Assembly: GCF_006345805.1 (NCBI RefSeq) | Contig: NC_043003.1 | Coordinates: 60,140,001 to 60,204,000 of the forward strand | Direction of reading: 5' to 3' | From: Octopus sinensis | Lineage: Eukaryota | Length of the DNA stretch: 64,000 nt | Notes under the pieces: generated by a model | The model's database searches: none | Seen by the model: only the letters and a program-made list of their open reading frames with translations | Told to the model about the DNA's origin: nothing | Program-made: the position numbers and the translations under genes | Shown: positions 1-12,725 of the stretch, piece after piece | How the letters are laid out: every line of letters starts with the position of its first letter | Numbering within the stretch: the stretch's first letter is position 1

Positions 1-210
1 GCTCTTAAACTCCTGTATAGAGGAGGTCTTCATATTAGCTAGTATTTCCGACTAAAACTTTAATCTTTCAAGTCTCCAACGCTGTTCACTGTTTAAAAAT
101 ACATCAAGGTATTCCTGAAAAAAAGCAGGAAACAAAAAAAAAAGACTATCAAACTTAGCCGGAACAATTTACATATTCAACACAATATAAAAATGATTTA
201 CATATTTACA

Positions 211-618
211 TAGGCGTAGGAGGGCTGTGTAGTAAGTAGCTTCTTACGAAACACATGGTTCCGGGTTCAGTCCCACTGCGTGGCACCTTGGGCGAGTGTC
301 TTCTACTATAGCCTCGGGCCGACCGAAGACTTGTGAGTGGACATGGTAGGTGGAGTCTGAAAGAAGCCTGTCGTATATATGTATATGTGTGAGTATATGT
401 TCGTGTGTCTGTGTTTGTCACCTCAACATCGCTTGATAACCGATGCTGGTGTGTTTATGTCCCCGTAACTTAGCGGTTCGGAAAAGAGACCGATTGGATA
501 AATATTAGGCTTACAAAGAATAAGTCCTGGGGTCGATTTGCTCGACAAAAGTCGGTGCTCCATCATGGCCACAGTCAAACGACTGAAGCAAGTAAAAGAG
601 TAAAAGAGTAAAAGAGAG
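211..618 (+). mobile_element. tRNA-derived SINE, family S1 (CORE-like body, internal microsatellite, (AAAGAGT)n tail), full length
   Basis: A-box-like GGCTGTGTAGTAAG, B-box GGTTCAGTCCC and CORE-like CACCTTGGGCGAGTGTCTTC. Near-identical copy at 11023-11444 and fragments elsewhere. Confidence 0.85.
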
Positions 619-1335
619 AGAGAGAGACAGGAAGGCGTTAAAAACAGTTAATCATAAAAGAACGAGTATACCAAACCATAAAACTATAGCACATTAGCTG
701 ACTGGCCATCAGAACTCATACAAGTCATGTAGACATTTTGTTTTCCGTTAAGCTGGCTGCTAATTCAATGTCCAGCAAAGTAGGCTTTATTAATTGAATC
801 AAAACATTAGTTTTACGGACATTTTAGCTTCATTTCTTTTTTGCATCAATGAAGTTAATTCCAGCTGCAAGCAAGTTGGAACTGAACTCGATTTCCGAGC
901 TTTTCTATGAAGTACTTAACTGCCTTGAGGCTCAATCCAGCTCCTTCTATATACATACATGAGGATAAAGCTATATACATGCGTACACACATACACATAT
1001 TTATACATATATACACATAAATATACATATGTGCACACATATATATGTATATATATATATGTGTAGGTATATAAATGCATATATATGTATACATACATAT
1101 ATATATGATGTATATATGTATATATGTTTATATTTGTATGCATGCTTATATATACATATTTACATACATGGGCGCGCGCGTGCGTGTGAATTTTTGTGTG
1201 GCATTCTCCATCAGTCCATTCATAAACTGCATTATTACGAACAACTTCTCTATTTCGAAATACACCTATTATTACTTGTTTTATCATATGATTCTCTGAG
1301 TGGGTGAAACTGATAGTAAAACATTGTTCGTTCCT

Positions 1336-1628
1336 TCTCAAGCATGCCTGGCTCATAAGGGCCAGTTTCCCGGTTTCCTTGGCGTATAGGTTCCCCACCT
1401 GGACGGGACACCGGTCCATCGTAGGTGAGCTGCAAGATGTAGGAGGAAAGAGTGAGAGAAAGTTGTGGCGAAAGAGTCAGCAGAAGCTAGCCATTACATT
1501 CTGCCAGAGCCGCATGGAGCTTAGGTGTTTTGCTCATAAACACACACACATCGCCCAGTCAGAGATTCCAACACGCGATCCTACGACCGCGAGTCCGCTG
1601 CTCTAACCACTAGCCCATGTGCCTTCAC
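1336..1628 (-). mobile_element. tRNA-derived SINE, family S3b
   Basis: Minus-strand head GTGAAGGCACATGGGCTAGTGGTTAGAGCAGCGGACTCGCGGTCG. Same body at 53715-53980 (+) and 61925-62160 (-). Confidence 0.85.
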
Positions 1629-1880
1629 GTAGTAAAACATGGTTGCTGACTTTACAATTTGGCGATAATGACAAGATATATTCTTTCATTCTTTAATACA
1701 TTATTTATATTTTCTCAAAATCTGGGTTGGTTGGTTGGTTGGTTGGCTGGCTGGTTGGTTGGTTGGTATTATTTATCTTCCTTGTTTCATGTCTTTGGAT
1801 TTCATATCTCACAAGAGGAAGTTTGTTTGTACTGATTGGAAGGACAATATCATTTAATCGAAGCTTTTTGTATGTATATG

Positions 1881-1934
<54 letters not shown>

Positions 1935-2029
1935 CACATAATATAAATAATATATGAATATATGCATGTATACATACATATATATATACATACCTATATA
2001 TATATATATGTATATATGTATGCATATAT

Positions 2030-2150
2030 GGGTACAGGACATCAAAAATACGAGGACAGAATGAGAAACGAGAACATAAAAAATAAAAACAGAAAACGAA
2101 CTATTTTTTCGAACAACGAATAAAAACAAACAGAGAAACGAGTTTTCCCC
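2030..2150. repeat. Dispersed (TA)n-associated repeat fragment
   Basis: GGGTACAGGACATC...TTCGAACAACGAAT matches the reverse complement of ~43680-43800. Confidence 0.55.
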
Positions 2151-2208
2151 TGTTTTATCTACTCTGCGTTTAGAAGGTACATATATACATACATATATAT
2201 ATATATAT

Positions 2209-2515
2209 ATCACGTGATCACGTGACCGACCAGTCCATCAGATGTAGTTACACATCGCTGGTCACAATGCGTTCGCATTGTTTTAGCCTTCGAATGACGC
2301 CACCCCGGTTGCTAAGCGAGCAGGCCAACAGAAGAAAGAGTGGGAGAAAGAGTGGTGAAAGAGTACAGCAGGGATCAGCACCCCCTGCCGGAGCCTCGTA
2401 GAGCTTTTAGGTGTTTTCGCTCAATAAACACTCACAACGCCCGGTCTGGGAATCGAAACCGCGATCCTACGACCGCGAGTTCGCTGCCCTAACCACTGGG
2501 CCATTGCGCCTCCAC
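2209..2515 (-). mobile_element. tRNA-derived SINE, family S3a (same head as S3b, different tail)
   Basis: Minus strand GTGGAGGCGCAATGGCCCAGTGGTTAGGGCAGCG...GGTTTCGATTCCCAGACC has A and B boxes. The head is shared with 1336-1628 and the 3' part diverges. Confidence 0.85.
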
Positions 2516-2541
2516 ACGCACACACACACACATACACACAT

Positions 2542-2574
<33 letters not shown>

Positions 2575-2738
2575 CATATTTATACATATATATACATACA
2601 TATATATACATATATATAATATATGTACACATATACATATATATATACATATATATACATATATATACATATATATATATTTATACATATATATATATAT
2701 ATGTATGTATGTATGTATGTCTGCATGTATATGTGTTT

Positions 2739-2789
<51 letters not shown>

Positions 2790-3356
2790 TCTTTCTATCT
2801 GTGATTGTTATTCGATCAACTAAATATCTTCAAGCGGTGCCTCGGCATGGCCGCAGTGAAATGACTAAAAACAAGGACTGGTATATTTACATCACTTTGA
2901 ATGTTATCCTTACAGATATCTTCTCTAAAATTTAGAGCCAGCAGTGAATGTTATGAATATGTCTATGTAAGCAATGCAATCGAAGAAACAAAAATAGATA
3001 AAATTTACAAGTTTATATTTATTGTTTTATTCTTTAAATGATTTCAGTTCGGGAGTAGCGGTCTTTACATAAAACCTCTTCTGATGCGCAGTGTTTGGTG
3101 AATCAGGGAGTTTGATGCATCTGCCCTCATCTGCGTTTCACGCCGCGATGTAATTTCTTCCAGAACTCTTGACAGGAGGAGATCCAGATTTGTTTTCCAG
3201 ACGCCTTACGTCTTCCTAAGCCCTGTATAAATATCTTAGGCTTTTGGGAAGGATATTGAAGAGCAGCAGTCTCTCGAAACCCAACCTGTTGTTGCATTTG
3301 TTCCTTAACTTGTTCGCAGTTCTAGGAATTATGCAGTACCGCTATGTTTGGTACTT

Positions 3357-3755
<399 letters not shown>

Positions 3756-3756
3756 T

Positions 3757-4226
3757 ATATGTAGTGAATGAAAGACGGAAGATGGAATATAGGAGAATTC
3801 ATTACTAATCACGATAATTGTTTCGATATATTTAGCATCGATTCCTCAAGGGAGGGACACTCAACAACTGGTTTAGGAGCATCCAGTGGTGCAGATGTAT
3901 CTCGTCACTTCCCGTTTTGTAGATAGAAAAGCTTCTTTTTCTACAAAACAGGAAGTGACATTGCTGAACAGTTATTTTAACGAGTTGTGTTTTATTTATC
4001 ACTCGACGAGATATATCTGCACCACCGGATGCTCCTGAACTAGTTGTTGAGTGTCCCACTCATGAAGGATCGATGCTAGGTATGTCGAAACAATTCTGGT
4101 GATTAATAATATATTCTCGTATATTCCATCTTCCGTTTTTTACTTGCCTTATACATAACGACCACTATGAAAGCGACCGTGTTTTACCAGTAAGCTATCA
4201 AGTGTAAACCATTCATTTTCTGATAT
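3757..4226. mobile_element. Fold-back pair of Penelope-like 3' region fragments (inverted arms ~3757-3906 and ~4005-4155)
   Basis: The arms are reverse complements (TAGCATCGAT...GTATCTCGTC / GACGAGATAT...ATCGATGCTA). The same sequence recurs at ~35800-36000, downstream of a GIY-YIG remnant. Confidence 0.7.
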
Positions 4227-6932
4227 ATATACGTGCGTGTGCGTGTGTGCGTGTGTGTGTGTGATTTGTTAGCTTGTTATCAAGCCATCTATCAATTCTT
4301 TAATATTACCTTAAATGTAAATGTAATGCCCACCTGATGCTGTTGCAAAAAAAAACCAAATAAACTAATAAAGAATTAAAAGAGGACAATATTTTAGACC
4401 TAATTTGACACGCGCTGATTGTTCTCTTTTTTCTTTCTAAGAATTATAAGCTTATAAGAAACTTGTAATTTAATCCCAAATTATTTTGTAATGTGCCCTT
4501 TCTAGAAATGATAACGTTAGGCTTCAGGCAAAATTGATGCCCCATCGATTCTTTGGGTCCTAGTATACATTCTAGCGATCTCGATATAATGACTGGTGAA
4601 GTCCATCTCGGTGACTTTTGCATGTAGAATATAAAGAACCGAAAATGATGCTGAGAAGAATTTTGTCCAGCGCCCTAAATATTTTTAAATTTCGCTACGT
4701 CAGTAAAAGTAAATAATAAAACAAACAATTTGAGACGGTTAACGCTGAATCCAATGCGTCTTTTAGAATACTATCATTAACAGCAATTACTTAATCAATC
4801 CTTAACCATCATAGGTAGGACATATGTAGAAGTGACCTCATTTACTTGGCATTGAAGAAACGAGCATGAGCCCATCTCACACACACACACACATACATAC
4901 ACACATACACACACATACAAAAGCGCACATATGCACACACGTTGAAATGTTTGAAGCATTTTAACAATCAATATTGGTCTCCCTTTCTATCTCTACCACT
5001 TTGTCTCTTTTCCCGTTCTCGTCTTCTTCTTCCTCTTCTTCTTCTTCTTTTTCTTCTTCCTCTCTCTCTGTCTCCTACTCCTACTCCCCTCCTCCTCCTC
5101 CCTCTCTCTCCCTCTCTCCCTCTCTCTCTCTAGATCTTAGGTACACTTATTCTATTGCTTCTGTAATTCATCCATTCTATGTTCTTCTTGAATATTCACG
5201 GAATACTTCTTTTTTTTTTAATTCAATAAATGTTTAGAAAAATTGTAGATTCTATTATTGATAAAAATGCTTTTCTTCCTCAGAATATCACCCCAAAATA
5301 CATCTTTTGTGAGCACTATAATTTCACATGCAATGTAACTATCGATCATTTCCTAACCTGAACTTATAAAACACACACACTCATACAAAGGCACATACAC
5401 ACACACATACACACATACGCACGCACACACACACACACACACACAAATACACACACATACACACATACGCATGCGCACACGCACAAATACACATATACAC
5501 ATACTCATATACACACATTCACACAGACTCACACAAAGATACTCGCGCACACATAGACACACACTCAGATAAGCATATACACGCGCACACAACATGCACG
5601 GATATTCATACACACAAACATATACACGCGTGTACGTATTCTCACACCTAAGCACATATGCAACACACATGCACACACACATACATATTCACACACTCAC
5701 ATACACACATGCACGTTCACATACGCACAAGGACATTCGCATGCACGTATATACGCACATAAATATTCACACCCACTCACATACACACATGCACTTTCAC
5801 ATACACCCTTATACACACGTACATATTCACACGCACATACACTCACATACCCACCAGCGCATATTCACATCTACAAATCTACAAATACACACCCTCACAA
5901 ACACATGCACGCACGCACATCACACTCCGACACACATGCGCACTCTCTTAATCGCACTCGCGCACACACACGCTCAAATAATACACATATGCACCTACAC
6001 ACAAACACACACATACACACACAAAAAAAATAAGCAGAAATAAAATAAATAAATATAAAAAATAATAAATACAGACAAATAGAAACGAATTGCAAATTGA
6101 TGTGAAGTGTCACCGTTAAGTCTGAGTCTAGGAAAATGTCACAGAGAACGAAGCTGGAAATTATTGATCTCCACGTGAAAAAGATATAGAAGAGATTTGT
6201 GAACAATAAGCGTTTTGGAAAAGGAAACGGATACCGAACGTGAGAGGAAATCTGTGAAGACTAATTGTCCTGTGAACTACATATACCTCGAGAAAGAGCT
6301 CGGCTTTAGATTTTTCTCTCCGATAAAATTGTAATATTTTTAGTCGACTTTCGGCAACAGCCTATGAGAATGACAGCTTAGGTGTTTTTAGTAGTTGAAA
6401 AACAAGTATGTGTATGTGTAACGCTTAGGAATGAATGTGTATGTGCGTGTAAGTGTGTGTGTGTGTGTGTGTGAGCGTGGTTGTGAGAGAATTTCAAGTG
6501 TACGTGTATGTATATGTGCGTGTATGCTTGTCGCGAGAAATTTGCTTAGCAGCAGTTGTCGTTCTTGTTGACAAGAATTTGATGATACAGGTATATGTGT
6601 TTGAAGTGTGTGTTTGTATATAAGTACATATAAAAGTATGTGTGTGTGTGATTGTATATATATATATATATATATATGTGCGTGTGTGTGTAAGTGTACA
6701 TGGACGTGTTCGTGGACGTGTGTGTAAGTGTGCGTGGATGTGTGTGTGTGTTTACATAGACAGACAAAGGTGCACACGCATATGCATATATATGCGTGTG
6801 TTAGTTTGTGTGTGAGTGTGTATATGAGTGTTTGTTTGTGTGTGTGTATGTGAGTGTGTGTGTGTGTGTTTCCAGTGTTTTAAATCTGGGTTTTGTCTAT
6901 ACCGCTAGGCATTTCATCCACTGTGCTTACGA

Positions 6933-7516
6933 TTCTTTTCTGCTCTAGGCACAAGGACCGAAATTTTAAGAGATGAGGCCGGTCGATTAGATCGACTCCA
7001 GTACGCAACTGGTACTTAATTTATCGACCTCGAAAGGATAAAAGGCAAAGTCGACCTCGGCGGAATTTGAACTCAGAACGTAATGACAGACGAAATATCT
7101 GTTTCTTTATTACCCACATGGGGCTAAATATAGAGGGGACAAACAAGGACAGACAAACGGATTAAGTCGATTACATCGACCCCAGTGTGTAACTGGTACT
7201 TAATTTATCGACCCCGGAAGGATGAAAGGCAAAGTCGACCTCGGCGGAATTTGAACTCAGAACGTAATGACAGACGAAATATCTGTTTCTTTATTACCCA
7301 CATGGGGCTAAATATAGAGGGGACAAACAAGGACAGACAAACGGATTAAGTCGATTACATCGACCCCAGTGTGTAACTGGTACTTAATTTATCGACCCCG
7401 GAAGGATGAAAGGCAAAGTCGACCTCGGCGGAATTTGAACTCAGAACGTAATGACACACGAAATAACGCTAAGCATTTCGTGCATCGTGCTAACGTGTCT
7501 GCCTGCTCGCCGCCTT
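6933..7516 (-). mobile_element. Head-to-tail trimer of SINE family S2 (184-bp period)
   Basis: GAACTCAGAACG recurs at 7069, 7253 and 7437. The tRNA-like head AAGGCGGCGAG occurs only at the right end. Body GTCGACTTTGCCTTTCATCC...GGTCGATAAATTAAGTACCAG. Confidence 0.9.
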
Positions 7517-7674
7517 CAACTGCAAAGACTTCTGTCTGATGCTCCAATGAAAGTTTTGATTTGCCGACTGTTCTATTAATAACTTTTGGGGAAATTTTAA
7601 TGAACTGGTTGCAAAAACCTTTTGTCTTTTATCTTCTAGCTTTCATTTTTTTTTCAGTTATTTGTCTACGGCTA

Positions 7675-7850
7675 TAATCGGACACCGCCTTAAAGTCGAA
7701 CAAATTGACACCAGAAGTTACTTTTTAAATTTTAGTACTTATTCTATCAGTCTCTTCTCGAACTGTTACGGTAACGTAAACAAACCAACACCGGTTATCA
7801 AGCAATGGAGGGGACAAGCACAAAGACATACACACACATATACATATATG
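7675..7850 (-). mobile_element. SINE S1 3' fragment, degenerate
   Basis: CACCGCCTTAAAGTCGAACAAATTGAC and TACTTATTCTATCAGTCTCTT match the S1 3' half in reverse complement. Confidence 0.6.
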
Positions 7851-7858
7851 TGTGTGTG

Positions 7859-8298
7859 TAGATTAGTGGTACAACAAGGCACTGGAAATAGCAGTCGATA
7901 CAATTACGACGCTATAGTAAAACTTCATTTGTATATACTGGCAGACGTGTGAGTGCAACAAACATGAAAAATTTGTCTTACCTCTAAGAAGAACATTCGA
8001 TAAATACTGGCATTGATGTAGCAACATTTGAAATATTGTCTAGGCAAATGCAGTTGATGAAGACTGATCAAATTTACGTTGACAAACGTATATGAAGAAT
8101 CTGAAACCAGTCCTGCATTATCCGATTCTGGGTTGTCCATTTATCGAATGTTCTTCCTAGAGGTAAGACAAATTTTTCATGTTTATTGCACTTACATGTC
8201 TTTGCCATTATATACGGAGTGAAGCTTTACTGTAGCGTCATAATTGTATCGACTGCTATTTCCAGTGTATATTGTTGCCTTGTTGTACCACTAATCTA
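7859..8298. mobile_element. Fold-back element, inverted arms 7859-8005 and 8139-8298, with a hammerhead in the spacer
   Basis: The arms are near-perfect reverse complements (TAGATTAGTGGTACAACAAGGC...CATTCGATAAAT / ATTTATCGAATG...GTTGTACCACTAATCTA) with one ~10-bp indel. Confidence 0.85.
8047..8119 (+). ncRNA. Type I hammerhead ribozyme motif (C3U variant, long stem II)
   Basis: Stem I AATGCAG/CTGCATT (7 bp perfect). Core TTGATGA (8054-8060). Stem II AGA...TCT enclosing a TACGTT/AACGTA hairpin. GAAA at 8103-8106. Stem III ACCAGT. GUC cleavage triplet ending at 8112. Confidence 0.7.
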
Positions 8299-8388
8299 TA
8301 TTTATATTTATATTTATACTTCTACCTTTATGGTGCTTTATTTTACTGGAAAGTAATACATCTGTATTGCAATATTTATTATTATTAC

Positions 8389-8448
<60 letters not shown>

Positions 8449-8556
8449 TTGGTAGTGGATTTGGTAGATGGATACTGAAGGAAGCCTGTCTTATATATAT
8501 ATACATATTATGTATATATATATACATATATATATACATAATATGTATATATATAT

Positions 8557-8712
8557 AAGACAGGCTTCCTTCAGTATCCATCTACCAAATCCACTCACAA
8601 GTCTCTGGTCGGATCGAGGCTATAATATTAATAGAAGGTACTCGTCCCAGGCGCCATGCAGTCGGACTGAACTCGGAACCTTGTGGTTGGTAAGCAAGCC
8701 TCTTCCCACACA
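8557..8712 (-). mobile_element. SINE S1 5' half, with its end duplicated in inverted orientation (palindrome 8454-8595)
   Basis: S1 head on the minus strand. AGTGGATTTGGTAGATGGATACTGAAGGAAGCCTGTCTT at 8454 is the exact reverse complement of the segment ending at 8595. Confidence 0.8.
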
Positions 8713-10597
8713 GACAAATTTTCTGAAACATACTGGTTAAGAATGTAAACAGCTGAGTCAATTCCTCGTCAGACTCGGCATTTATTCTATCACCTTCATT
8801 AATTGGAAAAGCAGATCGACCATGGAGGGAACACAAGCCAGTCGACTCCTAGCTAGACTGCGACAGTATTCGATCATAATATAAACGTAATTATATACTG
8901 GAGATCTATGTCCAGTTTTCGTTTGTTTCTGCGATTCTTATTTCTTTACTTTGCCAAGAATTAATTGTATCACCACTGGAAATAAATGCGTCTAAGTTGT
9001 CTTTATATGAAAATGTATGCCCAAGGAAATATTTGTCCTATTTTGTATGCCCTGGTGTGATTATTCGATAAGAGGTTGAACGTTATTGGAGACAAGATTT
9101 GATCAATTCTTAATATATATATAAATATCAAAACAACCTGTGGGATATAAGGAAACCGAGGGCTGAAAAACGCATGTGTGTGTGTTTTAGTGTGCATGTT
9201 TGTTTGCTTGCTTGTTTGTTTGTTTGTGTGTGTTTGTGTGTGTTTGTAAGTGTGTGTGTGTGTGTGTATGTGTGTGTGTGTGTGTGTGTGTGTTTAGCTA
9301 TAGATGAGAAAAAAGGAGGAAGCTCGAACGAGTTGAAAGAAAAGTGTAAGAAAATATTATGTGAAGGAGCAGATGGTCGAGAGAAAGATATATTAAATAA
9401 TAACAATAGAAAAGGGAACAAAGAAATGTGTGGTAAAAGAAGAAGAAGAAGAACAACAACAACAACAAGGTGGAGAAGTTGTTGTTGAAGTAATTGAAAA
9501 AAACTGACCATGCTGGTATAGGCTGGCCAAACAGGAGATTGGTTTATTATACGGCAGTCGCCAGCTGGTAAAGGTATCTGCAATATTAGATGAAATATGA
9601 AAACATCTGTTAAAAAAATAAGAGAAAATATATTAAAAGAATAAATCAACATTATATTGAAAAAAATGACCCCATTTCTGACACCTTGCCTCTATGTAGG
9701 CCAGTTTACATTGGAGGGAAACAAATAACTTAAGATGTCAGTCATGTCTGATTTGAAAAGAGCCGTAACCAGATTGGACTTAGATAGCAATGATCTTAAG
9801 GAAGAACAGCTATTGTGCCAAGTAACTATGCCTCAGGCGAACATTTCCCTTGTGGTTATTAGAGACGCAATGGCTCTCTCCTTCTGGACACTATCGAATC
9901 CGTAAGATTTTTAAATTACGGAATCATTTAGCCTTAGGGGAATAGAGGAAAATTATTATATTTCTCGTTCGAAATCTTAAAGAGAAGAGCTATTTCGCCA
10001 GTATCCGTGAGAGTGTCGTTATAGTTTTTGCAAGTTGATTTAGGGTCGGAATTATTCGTTCGATGCTTGTCGGTGTAATTAGATAGTCGTCACGATTGAC
10101 CAATAAACGGAATGTCTCTGTTAAAGACTATAGCTACCACACTATCGAGTGCCTAGTTGTTAATTCAATAATTCGTCAGCTAAAACAGTCAAGATAAAAT
10201 CGACACGTTTAGACGCGCTAGCTAAGTGAGAAGCGGCACTGCTCAGGAAATGTTGCGTTGATTCACTTCTGCTTCGTTAGTGAGTGTGACGAGCTTCATG
10301 AAGCATTTCAATGATAAAACAAAGACAAAGCCAACATTTCTCTTTGCTTTTCTCTTTCCACATATTTCTCCCTAAATTATTGGATTTTACTCCAGTAGGT
10401 TCCTTTCAGAAATCTATTTTAGTTTTATTTTCTTTGCTAAACTTTTTTCCTTTCTTAGCTTCTCGAGGCTTTTTAAACTTATCTAATATTGATTTCTAAT
10501 TTCTGTGTTAATTGGCTTATTTAAACGTGCTTTAATTGCTTTCATTTTAATTCTTTTCATCGTAACATTCAAAACAGAAAAAAATATTCTTCTCATA

Positions 10598-10745
10598 TAG
10601 GTGCAGGCGTGGCTATGTGGTTAGAAGTTTACTTCACAACCACATACTCTGGGTTCAGTCCCACTGTACCTTAGAGACAAGTGTCTTATGCTATAGCCTC
10701 GGGCCTACCAAATACGTTTGAATAGATTTAGCAGATGGAAACAAC
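10598..10745 (+). mobile_element. SINE S1 5' half, degenerate
   Basis: TAGGTGCAGGCGTGGCTATGTGGTTAG...GGGTTCAGTCCCACTG...CTATAGCCTCGGGCC. Confidence 0.7.
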
Positions 10746-10795
10746 CGTGTATGTATATATATATATATATTCATATAAAAGAAGAAAAATCACCA

Positions 10796-10876
10796 TCCCT
10801 TACAGCTGTTTCGATTGATACTCAGCGAATTAATTAAATATCAGATTCCTATGCCCTGAGCATATCTTCAGAAGGA
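10796..10876 (-). ncRNA. Degenerate type I hammerhead-like motif in a (TA)n-flanked repeat
   Basis: Minus strand: stem I TCCTT/AGGGA (one G-U), core CTGAAGA, GAAA, palindromic stem III ACAGCTGT, GUA triplet. The base of stem II does not pair canonically. CACCATCCCTT is repeated 139 bp away. Confidence 0.45.
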
Positions 10877-10964
10877 AAAACTATAACTTTGGATGTTTAT
10901 ATATGTTTCTGGATTTATTATAGCAGAGACACCATCCCTTCATGAGGCTAACATAATCCCTAAT

Positions 10965-11022
<58 letters not shown>

Positions 11023-11026
<4 letters not shown>

Positions 11027-11444
11027 CGCATGAGTGGCTGTGTGGTAAGTAACTTGTTTACAAACCACATGGTTCCGGGTTCAGTCCCACTGCGTGGCAC
11101 CTTGGGCAAGTGTCTTCTACTATCGCCTCGGGCCGACCAAATGCTTGTGAGTGGATTTGGTAGACGGAAACTGAAAGAAGCCCGTCGTATATATGTATAT
11201 ATATATATATATAATATATATATATACATATGTGCGTGTATGTTTGTGTGTCTGTGTTTGTCCCCCTAGCATTGCTTGACAACTGATGCTGGTGTGTTTA
11301 TGTCCCCGTTACTAAGCGGCTTGGAAAAGAGACCGATAGAATAAGTACTGGGCTTACAAGAGAATATGTCCAGGGGTCGATTTGCTTGATTAAAGGCGGT
11401 GCTGCAGCATGGCCGCAGTCAAATGACTGAAACAAGTAAAAGAG
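11023..11444 (+). mobile_element. SINE S1, full length
   Basis: Same head, body and tail as 211-618. Confidence 0.9.
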
Positions 11445-11475
11445 TATATATATATATATGTGTATGTATATATAA

Positions 11476-11506
<31 letters not shown>

Positions 11507-11639
11507 TATATATATATATATGTATGTATATATATATATATATATATATACATATTATATATATATATATATGTATATATATATGTATATATATAAATAT
11601 GTATGTGTATATATATATATATATGTATATATATGTATG

Positions 11640-11736
<97 letters not shown>

Positions 11737-11737
11737 A
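11445..11737. repeat. (TA)n/(TATG)n microsatellite
   Basis: Direct inspection. Confidence 0.95.
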
Positions 11738-11984
11738 CCTTGAGAAGCTGGGTTAGTGGTTCGGCAAAAGATAATAAATAATTACCAAGTTTTATAAAAG
11801 GAAAAAAGAAAAAGTACTGGGTTCCATTCCTTCTACTAAAATCCTTTAAGGCAGTGCCCCAGCATGGCCGCAATCTAATGACTGACACAGATAAAAGATA
11901 AAAGATATCAAGACTTTGAACTTGGAGACTGCCAACTATATATTTTTTTATCTTTGATATGTTTCTGGCATATATATATACGAG

Positions 11985-12308
<324 letters not shown>

Positions 12309-12725
12309 TATATATCAAAAGAGAAAAAGCATCAAATGTCCTTCACGAGCCATAGCCTCATAGGGTCGCTTTCCTGGATTCTGTGACGTATATATTTTAG
12401 CCCTGGACGGGACACCGGTTGCTGGATTAATTATTTTTGATTGCGGAGCTGATTGGAGACACGTAAAATGATATATGTTGCACAAAAAACCGATCGCCTT
12501 GTCCGAGAAGCAAAACAACAATCTTCAGATCATGACTGCAGTAGCGTAACCATTCATCCACACGCTTCCACTTATATATGTGTATGTACGTATATATGTA
12601 TGAGTGCGTGTGTGTGTGTGTGTGTTTATATAACATATCAGTCATCCGTAGACGAAACTATGAGTCCATGTTATAATTTTTTCTGTGCTAAATATTGTCT
12701 ATAATTTTACATTAATTACATTAAA

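Noticed and set aside
3830-3850. Possible hammerhead in the arms of the 3757-4155 fold-back (TTGAGGA…GAAACAATT)
   Set aside because: The other two copies read ATGAAGG and GTGAAGG, one lacks GAAA, and no consistent stem I or stem II closing pair can be drawn.
8715-8780. Minus-strand CTGACGA followed ~45 nt later by GAAA
   Set aside because: Stem II does not close and stem I does not pair. At best it is a fragment truncated by the adjacent SINE.
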